Positions 1 to 8,138 of a stretch of 56,365 nt of DNA are shown one piece after another (the stretch's first letter is position 1; each line of letters starts with the position of its first letter). A program made the translations under genes and the position numbers. The notes under the pieces were generated by a model. The model did no database searches. It was not told where the DNA came from and saw only the letters and a list, made by a program, of their open reading frames with translations. The stretch comes from an uncultured Thermodesulfobacteriota bacterium (GTDB lineage Bacteria; Desulfobacterota; B13-G15): contig CAZGDM010000001.1 in assembly GCA_964525275.1 (NCBI GenBank), positions 1-56,365 on the forward strand, given 5' to 3'.

Positions 1-217
1 AGAGGCAGGACGTCCTCAAAAAGCCTAGGTCAGGGATAGATCGGTAGTTTGATCGCAGTGTCTCGGAATGATCGCCACCTGCTCGTGAAGGACATCGCTC
101 CAACACTCCCCGCGGCAGCGGCCTTGGCATAGAGCTGGCCAGGAGACTGGCAGAAAGGATCAGGGCTGAAATAGGGGTCTCTGATAACAGAGGAAGGTTT
201 CGTCAGCTAATTCGCCT

Positions 218-445
218 ATGAGGGACTGTGTGCCTTGGGTTCCTATTAGAGGCAATGAGCTCGCCGAGGCGCAGAGGAGGACGGAGGAGGAGATATGGAA
301 ACTTGCCCAGGGGCGGCGCAGGCTCCGACAGGAGGTGGGAGGGCTTGCAAGGAGCGTGGCCTATGCCTTGGAGAACGAGGCCTTCAGGCGCCTTCCGGAG
401 TTTTTGAAGACGAAGGAGATGAAGGTGGGCGACATTGTTTTTTAA
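218..445 (+). CDS. Hypothetical coiled-coil protein, possibly a 3'-truncated gene remnant at the island edge
   Basis: ORF-track ORF. It has a Glu/Arg-rich helical segment (ELAEAQRRTEEEIWKLAQ) followed by GGLARSVAYALENEAFRRLPEFL. From memory this resembles the N-terminal half of much longer DUF3782-type proteins of thermophiles. The ORF ends exactly where GC drops (about nt 446). All + frames in 1-217 contain stops. Confidence 0.3.
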   Translation: MRDCVPWVPIRGNELAEAQRRTEEEIWKLAQGRRRLRQEVGGLARSVAYALENEAFRRLPEFLKTKEMKVGDIVF

Positions 446-513
446 CGATTTTTTTACAAAAGCAGTTTAAGATGAACTGTGAACTTATGAAATTATGAAA
501 AGGAGGCAATAAA

Positions 514-825
514 TTGAAGACAAAAAGGAGAAATCTCGTCAAAAAATTGACGGTGTTTTTCGTTATGTGTTTTTTGTTTCTAGATATTGGATTTGCAAAT
601 GAAATTGTAACCAGATGTGGGTATGTGGAGGGAATAAATCTAAAAGAGTTGCAAATAGTCGTAGATGGCGAAATTTACCTTTTATCAAAGAAGACAAGTA
701 TTTTCTTGTGTAAGCGAAGCGCAAGTCTTTCTGATGTAAAAAAAGGAGATTTTGTAATTCTTAGCATAGAAAAACACAAAGGTACCGTAAAACACATTTT
801 GATTCAAAACAATTCTTTGGAGTAA
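514..825 (+). CDS. Small secreted protein of unknown function, first gene of the island operon
   Basis: TTG start 7 nt after AGGAGG (501-506). The basic N-terminus plus hydrophobic core (KKLTVFFVMCFLFLDIGFA/NE) looks like a signal peptide. No family recognised. A 4-nt gap separates it from the next gene. Confidence 0.55.
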   Translation: MKTKRRNLVKKLTVFFVMCFLFLDIGFANEIVTRCGYVEGINLKELQIVVDGEIYLLSKKTSIFLCKRSASLSDVKKGDFVILSIEKHKGTVKHILIQNNSLE

Positions 826-829
826 AGAA

Positions 830-3800
830 ATGAAATATTGGAAATTTATGCAAAAATTACTAGTAATAGCAATGTTTATCTTTTTAGCATTGGGATCCAA
901 AGCAGGGTTTACTGAAGTGGCAGATTATTGTGTTATTCCACCCTTTATAGGCCGTTCTTTAGCTCCAAATGTGGTGCTTATTGTAGACAATTCCGGGAGT
1001 ATGTTTAGATTCGCTTATTTTGATGGATGGAACACACCAGAAGCCGCTGATGACAATTGGTGCAATAGCTCCTATTGTACGGATTTCAATCCTAATTACA
1101 AGTACTATGGATATTTTGAACCAGATTATTGGTATAAATATAATGACTCAGAAGGCTGGTTTTATCCAACAGCTTCTAAATCAAACAGAGACAAGGCTTC
1201 GGATGAATGGGATGGCAACTTTCTCAATTGGCTTCTTATGAGAAGAGTTGATATTATAAGGAAGGTACTTACGGGAGGGAAATATTCGCAAAGCGGAAGC
1301 AATTACATACTAGAAACAGAAATAGCAGACTGTGATGCAAGAGGAAGATACAAAAAAATTAATAATGCTCAATTTTACACTCCCTTTTCGGGTACTAAAT
1401 CATTTACAGTCCATACATACGGAGGATGGTGTGACGGATCAGGATCAGGGTATAGTACATTTACTGTATCGGGGCACACTTACATTGGGCGAGTAAATAT
1501 TGGAAGTTCTCCTCCCACCGGAATTATTCAAAAATTAGGTGATAAAGTGCGCTGGGGTTTGGCTTATTATCACGAAAACGCTTATACTCCTCAAGGAGGA
1601 TATATAAGCCAACATATACCTTCTTCGCTGAATACTTTGATAAACGATATTAATTCTAAAAGGCCAGATTCCAATACACCCTTAGCTGAAACTTTATGGA
1701 CGGTAGTGGGGTATTATGCTCAACAGAGTTCGATGGAAGGAGGCCCTGGTCCAAGATACAACTCAGGAGATTATCAAATAAACACCGGGGTTGATCCCTA
1801 TAATTTGGGAACAGCAAGTGAACCTTTAATGGCGTGGTGTGCAAAAAGCTTCGTGATATTAATCACGGATGGTGAACCATGCCAAGATGGATATCTACCA
1901 TCTTCCGTAGCGAATTATGCAAATGGAAGGTCAGACTTTAACTGTAATAGTAGGTCAAATGATCCTAATAACCCCTGTTATATTCCTTCTTGCTCCGGTG
2001 GTTATGTCCCTGGAATTGAAGACGTGGCTTTATATGCACATCTCTCTGATTTAAGGGGCGATTTGGACCATGATCAAACTCTCACAATCTATACCGTATT
2101 TGCATTCGGAGCAGGATCAAAGCTTCTACAATATGCTGCCATAAACGGGGGATTCAAAGATTTAGATGGAGACGGAAAGCCTTTTCCAGATTCCAGTGAC
2201 ACATGTGGAACACCACATCCAGATCCTTATTGCAAAGAATGGGATGAGGATGGAGATGGAGTTCCTGACAATTATTTTGCAGCATACAGCGGATATGAAC
2301 TTGAAGAGTCTTTAACAAAAGCTATAACTGACATCCTTAAACGCACTTCCTCGGGGACTGCAGTATCAGTACTTTCGGAGAAAGCTGAACACGGAGCAAG
2401 CCTTCTGCAGGCTGTTTTCTTTCCTGAAGAGACCATTGAGGAAGAAGGCAATGTCTACACCCTCAACTGGATCGGCCATCTCTATAACTGGTGGATCTAC
2501 CGCGGTCTTGCGCTCACTAAAATAAATATCAGAGAGGATACAATCACAGACAAAAAATTGAGACTTTGTGAGGATTATGTCCTCAGGTTTGTATTCGATA
2601 ATAGCACGAATCAATTGTTGCTTAAAGCCTACGAGGACGCAGACGGGGATGGATTGCCGGATGACAATTCTACCCCCACGGTTACTTACAATAGCCTGGA
2701 TGAAGCCCATCCCGTGTGGGAAGCAGGTCAGAAATTGAAAGATAAGTGCCCTGAGTTGAGAAATATCTACACTAATATTGGGGGATTGACTCCCTTCACT
2801 GAAACTAACTGGGATTTGATAAATGATTACTTAGGAAGCGAATATACAGATGGAACCGATGATCAGGCAGATACTCAAAAATTGATCGCCTACATCCGGG
2901 GAGAAGATGTCTACGGCTTCAGGAGCCGTTCCATCGGCAGCAGCGTCTGGAAGCTGGGTGACATCATCTACTCCACCCCCCGCATCGTCACCTACAGCGA
3001 TTATTCGGTTGTCTATGTAGGGGCGAACGACGGGATGCTTCATGCCTTCAGGCTGGGGTATCTTGACACGACGATCACCAACGCCGTGGCTCGTCTCCAG
3101 AACAGCAAGGGCGATACCGGATACGATAAGCTCGGCGAGGAACTGTGGGCTTTCATCCCGCAGAATGCCCTTCCATACCTCAGATACTATGCTGACACGG
3201 AATATCCGCACCTTTACTACATAGATCTTTCGCCTTTTGTGATCGATGCAGATTACGATGGCGACGATACTACCGAGAAGGTCTTGATCGGAGGCATGCG
3301 CTTAGGTGGTGCGGTGGGATGTAACGGTACAGAGTGCATCACTCCGCCTGAGGATACCTGCTCCGATGCAAACAGCACCTCTTGCATTGGGCTTTCGTCC
3401 TACTTTGCGTTGGACATCTCCGATCCCGAGAATCCGCAGTTATTGTGGGAGTTCAAAGATCCTGATCTCGGCTTCTCTTACTCGGGACCTGCTATTGTGA
3501 GAAAAGGGAGCAAATATTATGTAGTCTTCCTCTCCGGCCCCACGGATTACGAGGGCGATGTGGCCCAGCCGTTGAAGGTCTTCGTCCTCAATCTCAAAAC
3601 AGGCCAGAAGGTGGCCGAACTCGACCAGGTTGAGGTGAACGGCTCCCTCACCACTTTGACCAACGCCTTTGGCGGAAGGCTCTTTACGTACACAGAAGGC
3701 GGTCCTATTTACTTCGGTTATGTCCAGGAAGGTACATGGCATGGAGGGGTCTTGAAACTTGATACCTCAGGTTCTGATCCTGCCAATTGGTCCGTCTCGA

Positions 3801-4423
3801 TGGTGGTCGCTGATATCGGTCCTGTCACCGTATCCGTCAAGGAAGAGACCTTCGGTACAGATGAGTGGCTTTTCTTCGGTGGCGGAAGGTACTTCGTGAA
3901 AGATGACGATGCCGACGCGGTAAGGTATCTTTACGGAGTGAAGCCTTCGTTGTGCGAGGGGAAGGGGCACTGCACCAGAGATGACCTTGGCGACCTTACA
4001 GAGGTTACGGGTTCCCCCACTGCGTATGGTTGGTACATTAAACTTGACGAACAGAGCGGGGATTGGGGGGCTGAGCGGCTTATCACAGATCCCACAGTTT
4101 ACAAGCGCAACGCAACCTCAGGCGAGGTCTATTTCGTTACCATGCAGCCCAACACCCATCCCTGTGAGTTCGGCGGGCGGTCCTACATCTGGAGGGTTGA
4201 GGCTACCACAGGGGGAGAGGTGGCCGAAGGCATGCCAGGGGTTCTCATGGTTCAGCTCTCCACTGGGCAGATCCTCGAGGCCCGGGATGCTGACATCTTT
4301 ACTCAGGCAGGGGGAAGGAAATCAGGGCCTTACACCGGAGTTCCTGGAGAACAGTCTGCCACTATCGTGGGTACTGTGGGCACGGCATGGAGGGGCACGA
4401 TTTTGCAGTGGATAGAGAGGTAA
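830..4423 (+). CDS. pilY1: PilY1-like type IV pilus tip protein with an N-terminal vWA domain and a C-terminal PilY1/PilC propeller
   Basis: 1197 aa with a signal peptide. vWA MIDAS motif DNSGS (986-1000) and ILITDGEP. C-terminal family motifs KLGDIIYSTP and GANDGMLHAF (3020-3049). Followed directly by four prepilin-type genes. Confidence 0.8.
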   Translation: MKYWKFMQKLLVIAMFIFLALGSKAGFTEVADYCVIPPFIGRSLAPNVVLIVDNSGSMFRFAYFDGWNTPEAADDNWCNSSYCTDFNPNYKYYGYFEPDYWYKYNDSEGWFYPTASKSNRDKASDEWDGNFLNWLLMRRVDIIRKVLTGGKYSQSGSNYILETEIADCDARGRYKKINNAQFYTPFSGTKSFTVHTYGGWCDGSGSGYSTFTVSGHTYIGRVNIGSSPPTGIIQKLGDKVRWGLAYYHENAYTPQGGYISQHIPSSLNTLINDINSKRPDSNTPLAETLWTVVGYYAQQSSMEGGPGPRYNSGDYQINTGVDPYNLGTASEPLMAWCAKSFVILITDGEPCQDGYLPSSVANYANGRSDFNCNSRSNDPNNPCYIPSCSGGYVPGIEDVALYAHLSDLRGDLDHDQTLTIYTVFAFGAGSKLLQYAAINGGFKDLDGDGKPFPDSSDTCGTPHPDPYCKEWDEDGDGVPDNYFAAYSGYELEESLTKAITDILKRTSSGTAVSVLSEKAEHGASLLQAVFFPEETIEEEGNVYTLNWIGHLYNWWIYRGLALTKINIREDTITDKKLRLCEDYVLRFVFDNSTNQLLLKAYEDADGDGLPDDNSTPTVTYNSLDEAHPVWEAGQKLKDKCPELRNIYTNIGGLTPFTETNWDLINDYLGSEYTDGTDDQADTQKLIAYIRGEDVYGFRSRSIGSSVWKLGDIIYSTPRIVTYSDYSVVYVGANDGMLHAFRLGYLDTTITNAVARLQNSKGDTGYDKLGEELWAFIPQNALPYLRYYADTEYPHLYYIDLSPFVIDADYDGDDTTEKVLIGGMRLGGAVGCNGTECITPPEDTCSDANSTSCIGLSSYFALDISDPENPQLLWEFKDPDLGFSYSGPAIVRKGSKYYVVFLSGPTDYEGDVAQPLKVFVLNLKTGQKVAELDQVEVNGSLTTLTNAFGGRLFTYTEGGPIYFGYVQEGTWHGGVLKLDTSGSDPANWSVSMVVADIGPVTVSVKEETFGTDEWLFFGGGRYFVKDDDADAVRYLYGVKPSLCEGKGHCTRDDLGDLTEVTGSPTAYGWYIKLDEQSGDWGAERLITDPTVYKRNATSGEVYFVTMQPNTHPCEFGGRSYIWRVEATTGGEVAEGMPGVLMVQLSTGQILEARDADIFTQAGGRKSGPYTGVPGEQSATIVGTVGTAWRGTILQWIER

Positions 4424-4430
4424 GGGGCCT

Positions 4431-4940
4431 ATGAGCGGTCGCGACAGGGGCGTAACCCTATTGGAGCTTATGGTTGTTTTGGCCATCTTGGTAATTTTGG
4501 CCTCTTTCGTGATCCCTGCCCTTGGGGAATGGAAGCGGAAATACGATGTGGAGCACACGATAAAGCTGCTCTACACCGCCCTTAACGAGGCCCGACTGAG
4601 GGCTTTTGACGAAAAGAGGGTATGTGGGTTGGTCTGGAGTGGATCCTCCTTTTCGTCCATTTCACTCAAATGCGACACCGACGGTGATGGCCAGATAACA
4701 GATGATGCGGACAATGGCACTGAAGAGATATGGTCCAAAGATCTCAAAGTGACCCTTAGCGAGAATTTGGCTAATAATTATTGCAGATTCAACTACAAGG
4801 GATTTGCCTTCAGCCCATCCGATCAAGGCACTTTCCGTTACACTGATACCAGTGTAGATGCAGAGTACAGTTGTGTCAGGGTGAGCCTGACACGTATAAA
4901 AATGGGGAAATGGGATGGAAGCACGTGTCAACTTAGGTAA
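4431..4940 (+). CDS. Prepilin-type minor pilin, GspH/FimT/FimU-like
   Basis: Class III signal sequence DRG/VTLLELMVVLAILVILA with Glu at +5. The size (169 aa) and N-terminal region are typical of GspH-family minor pilins. Confidence 0.7.
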   Translation: MSGRDRGVTLLELMVVLAILVILASFVIPALGEWKRKYDVEHTIKLLYTALNEARLRAFDEKRVCGLVWSGSSFSSISLKCDTDGDGQITDDADNGTEEIWSKDLKVTLSENLANNYCRFNYKGFAFSPSDQGTFRYTDTSVDAEYSCVRVSLTRIKMGKWDGSTCQLR

Positions 4941-5307
4941 CAAAGGTTTCACCTTACTCGAAGTTCTAATAGCCCTTACCATTTTGGCCATAATCCTTTT
5001 AGGTAATATGGCCGCCCTCAGTATTTCTTACAGGAAAAACGTCGAAAACATCCTTAGGGATGAAGCCATACGGGTTGCTCAAGAATACGCAGACAGATAT
5101 AGAGACACCAAGAGCGAAGCGTCATGTGACGTAACGGTGCAAAGACAGGTGCGTAATTTTACCGTGAACTATGTGGTAGACTGCACCCCTACGCCCCACT
5201 CCATTGGAGGCCTGGCCAATGTGATCACGGAGTTATCGGTGCAGGTTACTTGGAATGATCCTCAAGGAAATTCTCATAATGTGACGATGGTGAGCTATGT
5301 GCAGTAG
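4915..5307 (+). CDS. Prepilin-type minor pilin, PilV-like
   Basis: NKG/FTLLEVLIALTILAIILLG is a canonical N-methylation motif with Glu +5. 130 aa. Overlaps the upstream gene by 26 nt. Confidence 0.7.
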   Translation: MEARVNLGNKGFTLLEVLIALTILAIILLGNMAALSISYRKNVENILRDEAIRVAQEYADRYRDTKSEASCDVTVQRQVRNFTVNYVVDCTPTPHSIGGLANVITELSVQVTWNDPQGNSHNVTMVSYVQ

Positions 5308-6388
5308 CAAGCGTGGAATGAGCCTGTTAGAGGTTGTGGTGGCCATGTTCATCTTGGCCTTGGTGATAAGCGGCGCTTTTGCGATCTATCTGTCCAACAT
5401 GAGGATATACAAAAGCGAGACCAAAACGGCTGAAACACAGATGAGCAAATTCATGGCCTTGGAGCTCCTACGTAAAGACATCGTGCATGCAGGGTACGGC
5501 TTACCTTGGGACATAGGGGGTATAACGTACAATGAGGCCGTTGCAGCCGAGGCGGCTTCCTATAATGATGCCCCCAATGATATTCCTCAGGCCTTCGTGT
5601 TGGGAGACAATGCCAAAAATGGAGCTGATTATCTTGTGATCAAATCGGTCAAGGCTGCAGAAAACACCGCATCCAGGAAGTGGGCCTATTTCACCTACAA
5701 TGGCACTTCAGCGACCTGGGACTTTGAGGGGGAAGGAGGGGCCTTTGGGGCAAATGATCACACCATTTTCCTAAGGGCAGTTCCGCCGAATGAACGTGCC
5801 CTATTTGTGGACAGTGGCAATTGGTCTTGGACAGGACAGGGATACAGCGCAAGTATACCGACCGATACCCTTTTCTTGGTCTACGGCCTGTTTGAAAGCG
5901 ACAATGTCACCCCTCGGATGCCCTTTAACCGAGTGGATTATTATCTGGACGACACAGGGCGTCCTGCGAGGTGTTGTCCTACGACCTATGAGTTGAAAAG
6001 GGCCACTATAAACCACGACAATGGTCACAGAAATTCTCAACCTATCCTCGATTGTGTGCGCAATTTCCAAGTTGCCCTCGGTTTGGACACCGATAACGAC
6101 ACCCAGATAGACAGTTGGACTTCTGCATTGCCCGTTACTGCAAACGCAACCGATGTCAGAAGGCAGGTAAAGGAAGTTAGGGTGTTCATCCTCTACCAGG
6201 AGGGGCAACTGCTGGATCATGAGGCGAGTACGGCCACTTTGACCCTCGGGGACAACGCTACGGGGACGCTGGCTACTTTTACCCCTTCGGATGGGGGATT
6301 CCCTGGCAATTGCGTTGACCGAAACGAGAAGTGTTATCGTTGGAAGATCCTCAAGCTTGCCGTCCGTCCTATGAACCTTGGGGAGTAA
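5297..6388 (+). CDS. Prepilin-type minor pilin, PilW-like
   Basis: KRG/MSLLEVVVAMFILALVISGAF with Glu +5. The size (363 aa) and position after the PilV-like gene fit PilW. Confidence 0.65.
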   Translation: MCSSKRGMSLLEVVVAMFILALVISGAFAIYLSNMRIYKSETKTAETQMSKFMALELLRKDIVHAGYGLPWDIGGITYNEAVAAEAASYNDAPNDIPQAFVLGDNAKNGADYLVIKSVKAAENTASRKWAYFTYNGTSATWDFEGEGGAFGANDHTIFLRAVPPNERALFVDSGNWSWTGQGYSASIPTDTLFLVYGLFESDNVTPRMPFNRVDYYLDDTGRPARCCPTTYELKRATINHDNGHRNSQPILDCVRNFQVALGLDTDNDTQIDSWTSALPVTANATDVRRQVKEVRVFILYQEGQLLDHEASTATLTLGDNATGTLATFTPSDGGFPGNCVDRNEKCYRWKILKLAVRPMNLGE

Positions 6389-6391
6389 GGC

Positions 6392-6928
6392 ATGAAAAGG
6401 GTCAAAGATGAAAAGGGAGTCGCCCTTCTTCTGGCCTTGGTCTTGGGCCTGATAAGCGTGGTCTTCCTCGCCGGCGTTTTGATGATGATAGGTAGCGGAG
6501 CTCGTCTGTCAGGCATCGAAAGGACTTATACCAGTGCCGTTGAGGCGGCAAAAGGGGGGGCGGATCTTATATGTAGGCTTTTGCGTAGAGGGGGGGTTGA
6601 TGTTGGTGATTACGCCGGTGTTGGTTGGCTTACGGTAAGGGACCAGACTTGTTTAGGGAATAAGCTCGAAAAAGAAACCCAAAATTGGGGTTGTAATCCC
6701 ACATGTAATGTAACCTCCTCAGACATGGCAGATATAATAAATTGTTACGATATAAGCCGGTCATCGTTTGGGGATTATGATCTATACATGAAGATAGTGG
6801 ATACCAAACATTATCAGGTAGGCGGAAAAGACGTCTTTCTTTACACCATTCATTCTTTGGCCATATCCAATAAAAACCCCAACGAAAAGGCATGGATAAC
6901 CCTCGTTTACAAGGTAGAGGAGACTTAA
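6392..6928 (+). CDS. PilX-like minor pilin (PilX N-terminal type, no Glu +5)
   Basis: EKG/VALLLALVLGLISVVFLAGVLMM is a hydrophobic N-terminus lacking Glu at +5, as in PilX-type proteins. Last gene of the island. Its TAA overlaps the rlmI stop. Confidence 0.55.
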   Translation: MKRVKDEKGVALLLALVLGLISVVFLAGVLMMIGSGARLSGIERTYTSAVEAAKGGADLICRLLRRGGVDVGDYAGVGWLTVRDQTCLGNKLEKETQNWGCNPTCNVTSSDMADIINCYDISRSSFGDYDLYMKIVDTKHYQVGGKDVFLYTIHSLAISNKNPNEKAWITLVYKVEET

Positions 6929-8082
6929 GCTACCCTTATCAGAAGGCTCTTGAAATACTCCCCTTCAGGATGGGTTGAGAGGACGGGGTGATCGAGGGGG
7001 GCGCGGTTGACGCATAGGAGCTGGAGGGTTTTCCCCGCCTTTTTCCCCGCTAAAAAGACGGCTTCTTTGAAGGCCTCGAGGTCCACCCTCTGGGTGCAAC
7101 AGCAGGTCAACAGCATTCCTCCCTTTCTCAGCCTTTTGAGGGCCAGGGCGTTGATGGTGGTGTAGCCCTTCAGGGCCTGAGGGATGTCCTCCCTCGATCG
7201 GGCAAAAGGAGGGGGGTCGAGGATGATGAGATCGTATCGCCCCGCCGTGCGGCTCAAAAAGTCGAAGGCGTCATCCCTGATGGCTTGAAAACTCGCCTGC
7301 AGGTCGTTGAGGTGAAAGTTCCTTTCGGCCATCTTCAGGGCCATGGCTGAGCTGTCCACCGCCACCACCTCCCTTGCCCCTCCGGAGGCGGCCGCCACCG
7401 AAAAGCCCCCGGAGTAGCTGAAGCAGTCGAGGACCTTCTTCCCCTCAGCCAGACGACGCACCAGGAGGCGGTTCTCCCTTTGGTCGAGGTAAAAGCCCGT
7501 CTTCTGTCCCTCAGGGATATTCACGAGGAATCGGAGCCCCTCCTCCTCTATCATCACCACCTCGGGCACCTCTCCGAGGAGCAGGCCCTCCGAGGAAGGA
7601 AGGCCCTCTTTTTGCCTTGCCTGAGGATCGCTTCTGTCGTAGATGCCCTTTGGGGCCAGGAGCTCAACGAGGAGGTCCATCACTTCGCCCCTCATCCTTT
7701 CCATCCCCGCGGTGTGGACCTGGACGGATAGATAATCGCCGTAACGGTCGACGATCAGCCCCGGCAGGAGATCGCCTTCCGAGTGGACGAGGCGCACGGC
7801 ATTGGTCCTCCCTTGGAGATGACGTCTGAGGGCGATGGCGCCAAGAAGCCGTCTCCTGAGGAAGGAGCGGTCTATTTCCTCCCTCTTCCATGTGAGAACC
7901 CTTACGGCGATGTTGGAATTGGGATTACAGTACCCCCGGGCGATGAAACGGCCGCGGTGGTCGAGCACATCGACTATGTCCCCAGGAGCTGCATCAAGCT
8001 TCTCGACAGCTCCCGAGTAGACCCAGGGATGCCCCCGTCGCAGGGGCAAATCCTTGCCCGGTTTTAGCACACAAAGCGCCAT
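6925..8082 (-). CDS. rlmI: Class I SAM-dependent 23S rRNA (cytosine-C5) methyltransferase, RlmI-like
   Basis: PUA-like N-terminus (LKPGKDLPLRRGHPWVYSGAV), YLDQRENR and ILDPPPFARS motifs. 385 aa. Confidence 0.75.
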   Translation of the reverse strand: MALCVLKPGKDLPLRRGHPWVYSGAVEKLDAAPGDIVDVLDHRGRFIARGYCNPNSNIAVRVLTWKREEIDRSFLRRRLLGAIALRRHLQGRTNAVRLVHSEGDLLPGLIVDRYGDYLSVQVHTAGMERMRGEVMDLLVELLAPKGIYDRSDPQARQKEGLPSSEGLLLGEVPEVVMIEEEGLRFLVNIPEGQKTGFYLDQRENRLLVRRLAEGKKVLDCFSYSGGFSVAAASGGAREVVAVDSSAMALKMAERNFHLNDLQASFQAIRDDAFDFLSRTAGRYDLIILDPPPFARSREDIPQALKGYTTINALALKRLRKGGMLLTCCCTQRVDLEAFKEAVFLAGKKAGKTLQLLCVNRAPLDHPVLSTHPEGEYFKSLLIRVA

Positions 8083-8138
8083 TTTCCCTGAATGGGAGTT
8101 AACTTACTCGAGATTGACCACAAGGCCAAGGCCGATCT

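Larger units (their letters stand above)
446..6928. other. Low-GC genomic island carrying a type IV pilus tip/minor-pilin gene set
   Basis: Hand GC counts of 60-nt lines: 27% (841), 43% (1501), 35% (2281), 30% (2521), 47% (4681, 5041), 38% (6781), against 55-60% in the flanks (7021, 2941, 3601). Six co-oriented genes are packed tightly. No integrase or flanking repeats were seen. Confidence 0.6.

Noticed and set aside
453-459. TTTACAA near the left island edge (453-459), repeated at 6906-6912 near the right edge, considered as a possible att-like direct repeat.
   Set aside because: It is only 7 nt in AT-rich sequence, the right copy lies inside the pilX-like coding region, and no integrase or tRNA is present. 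Chance easily explains it.
295-498. A 67-aa ORF overlapping ORF 218-445 in another frame and spanning the GC cliff.
   Set aside because: It has no SD, a Gly/Arg-rich translation, and it crosses from GC-rich into AT-rich DNA. It is most likely a frame artefact.
400-513. A sigma54 (-24/-12) promoter upstream of the island operon, which would tie it to PilR.
   Set aside because: The only GG-containing candidate (GTGGGCGACATTGTTTT, about 425-441) lacks the essential -12 GC element at the right spacing. A position-weight-matrix scan is needed before making any claim.
2054-2062. An RGD tripeptide in the PilY1-like protein (LSDLRGDLD), recalling the integrin-binding RGD of P. aeruginosa PilY1.
   Set aside because: A tripeptide is expected by chance in a 1197-aa protein, and an integrin ligand makes no sense for a probable environmental thermophile.
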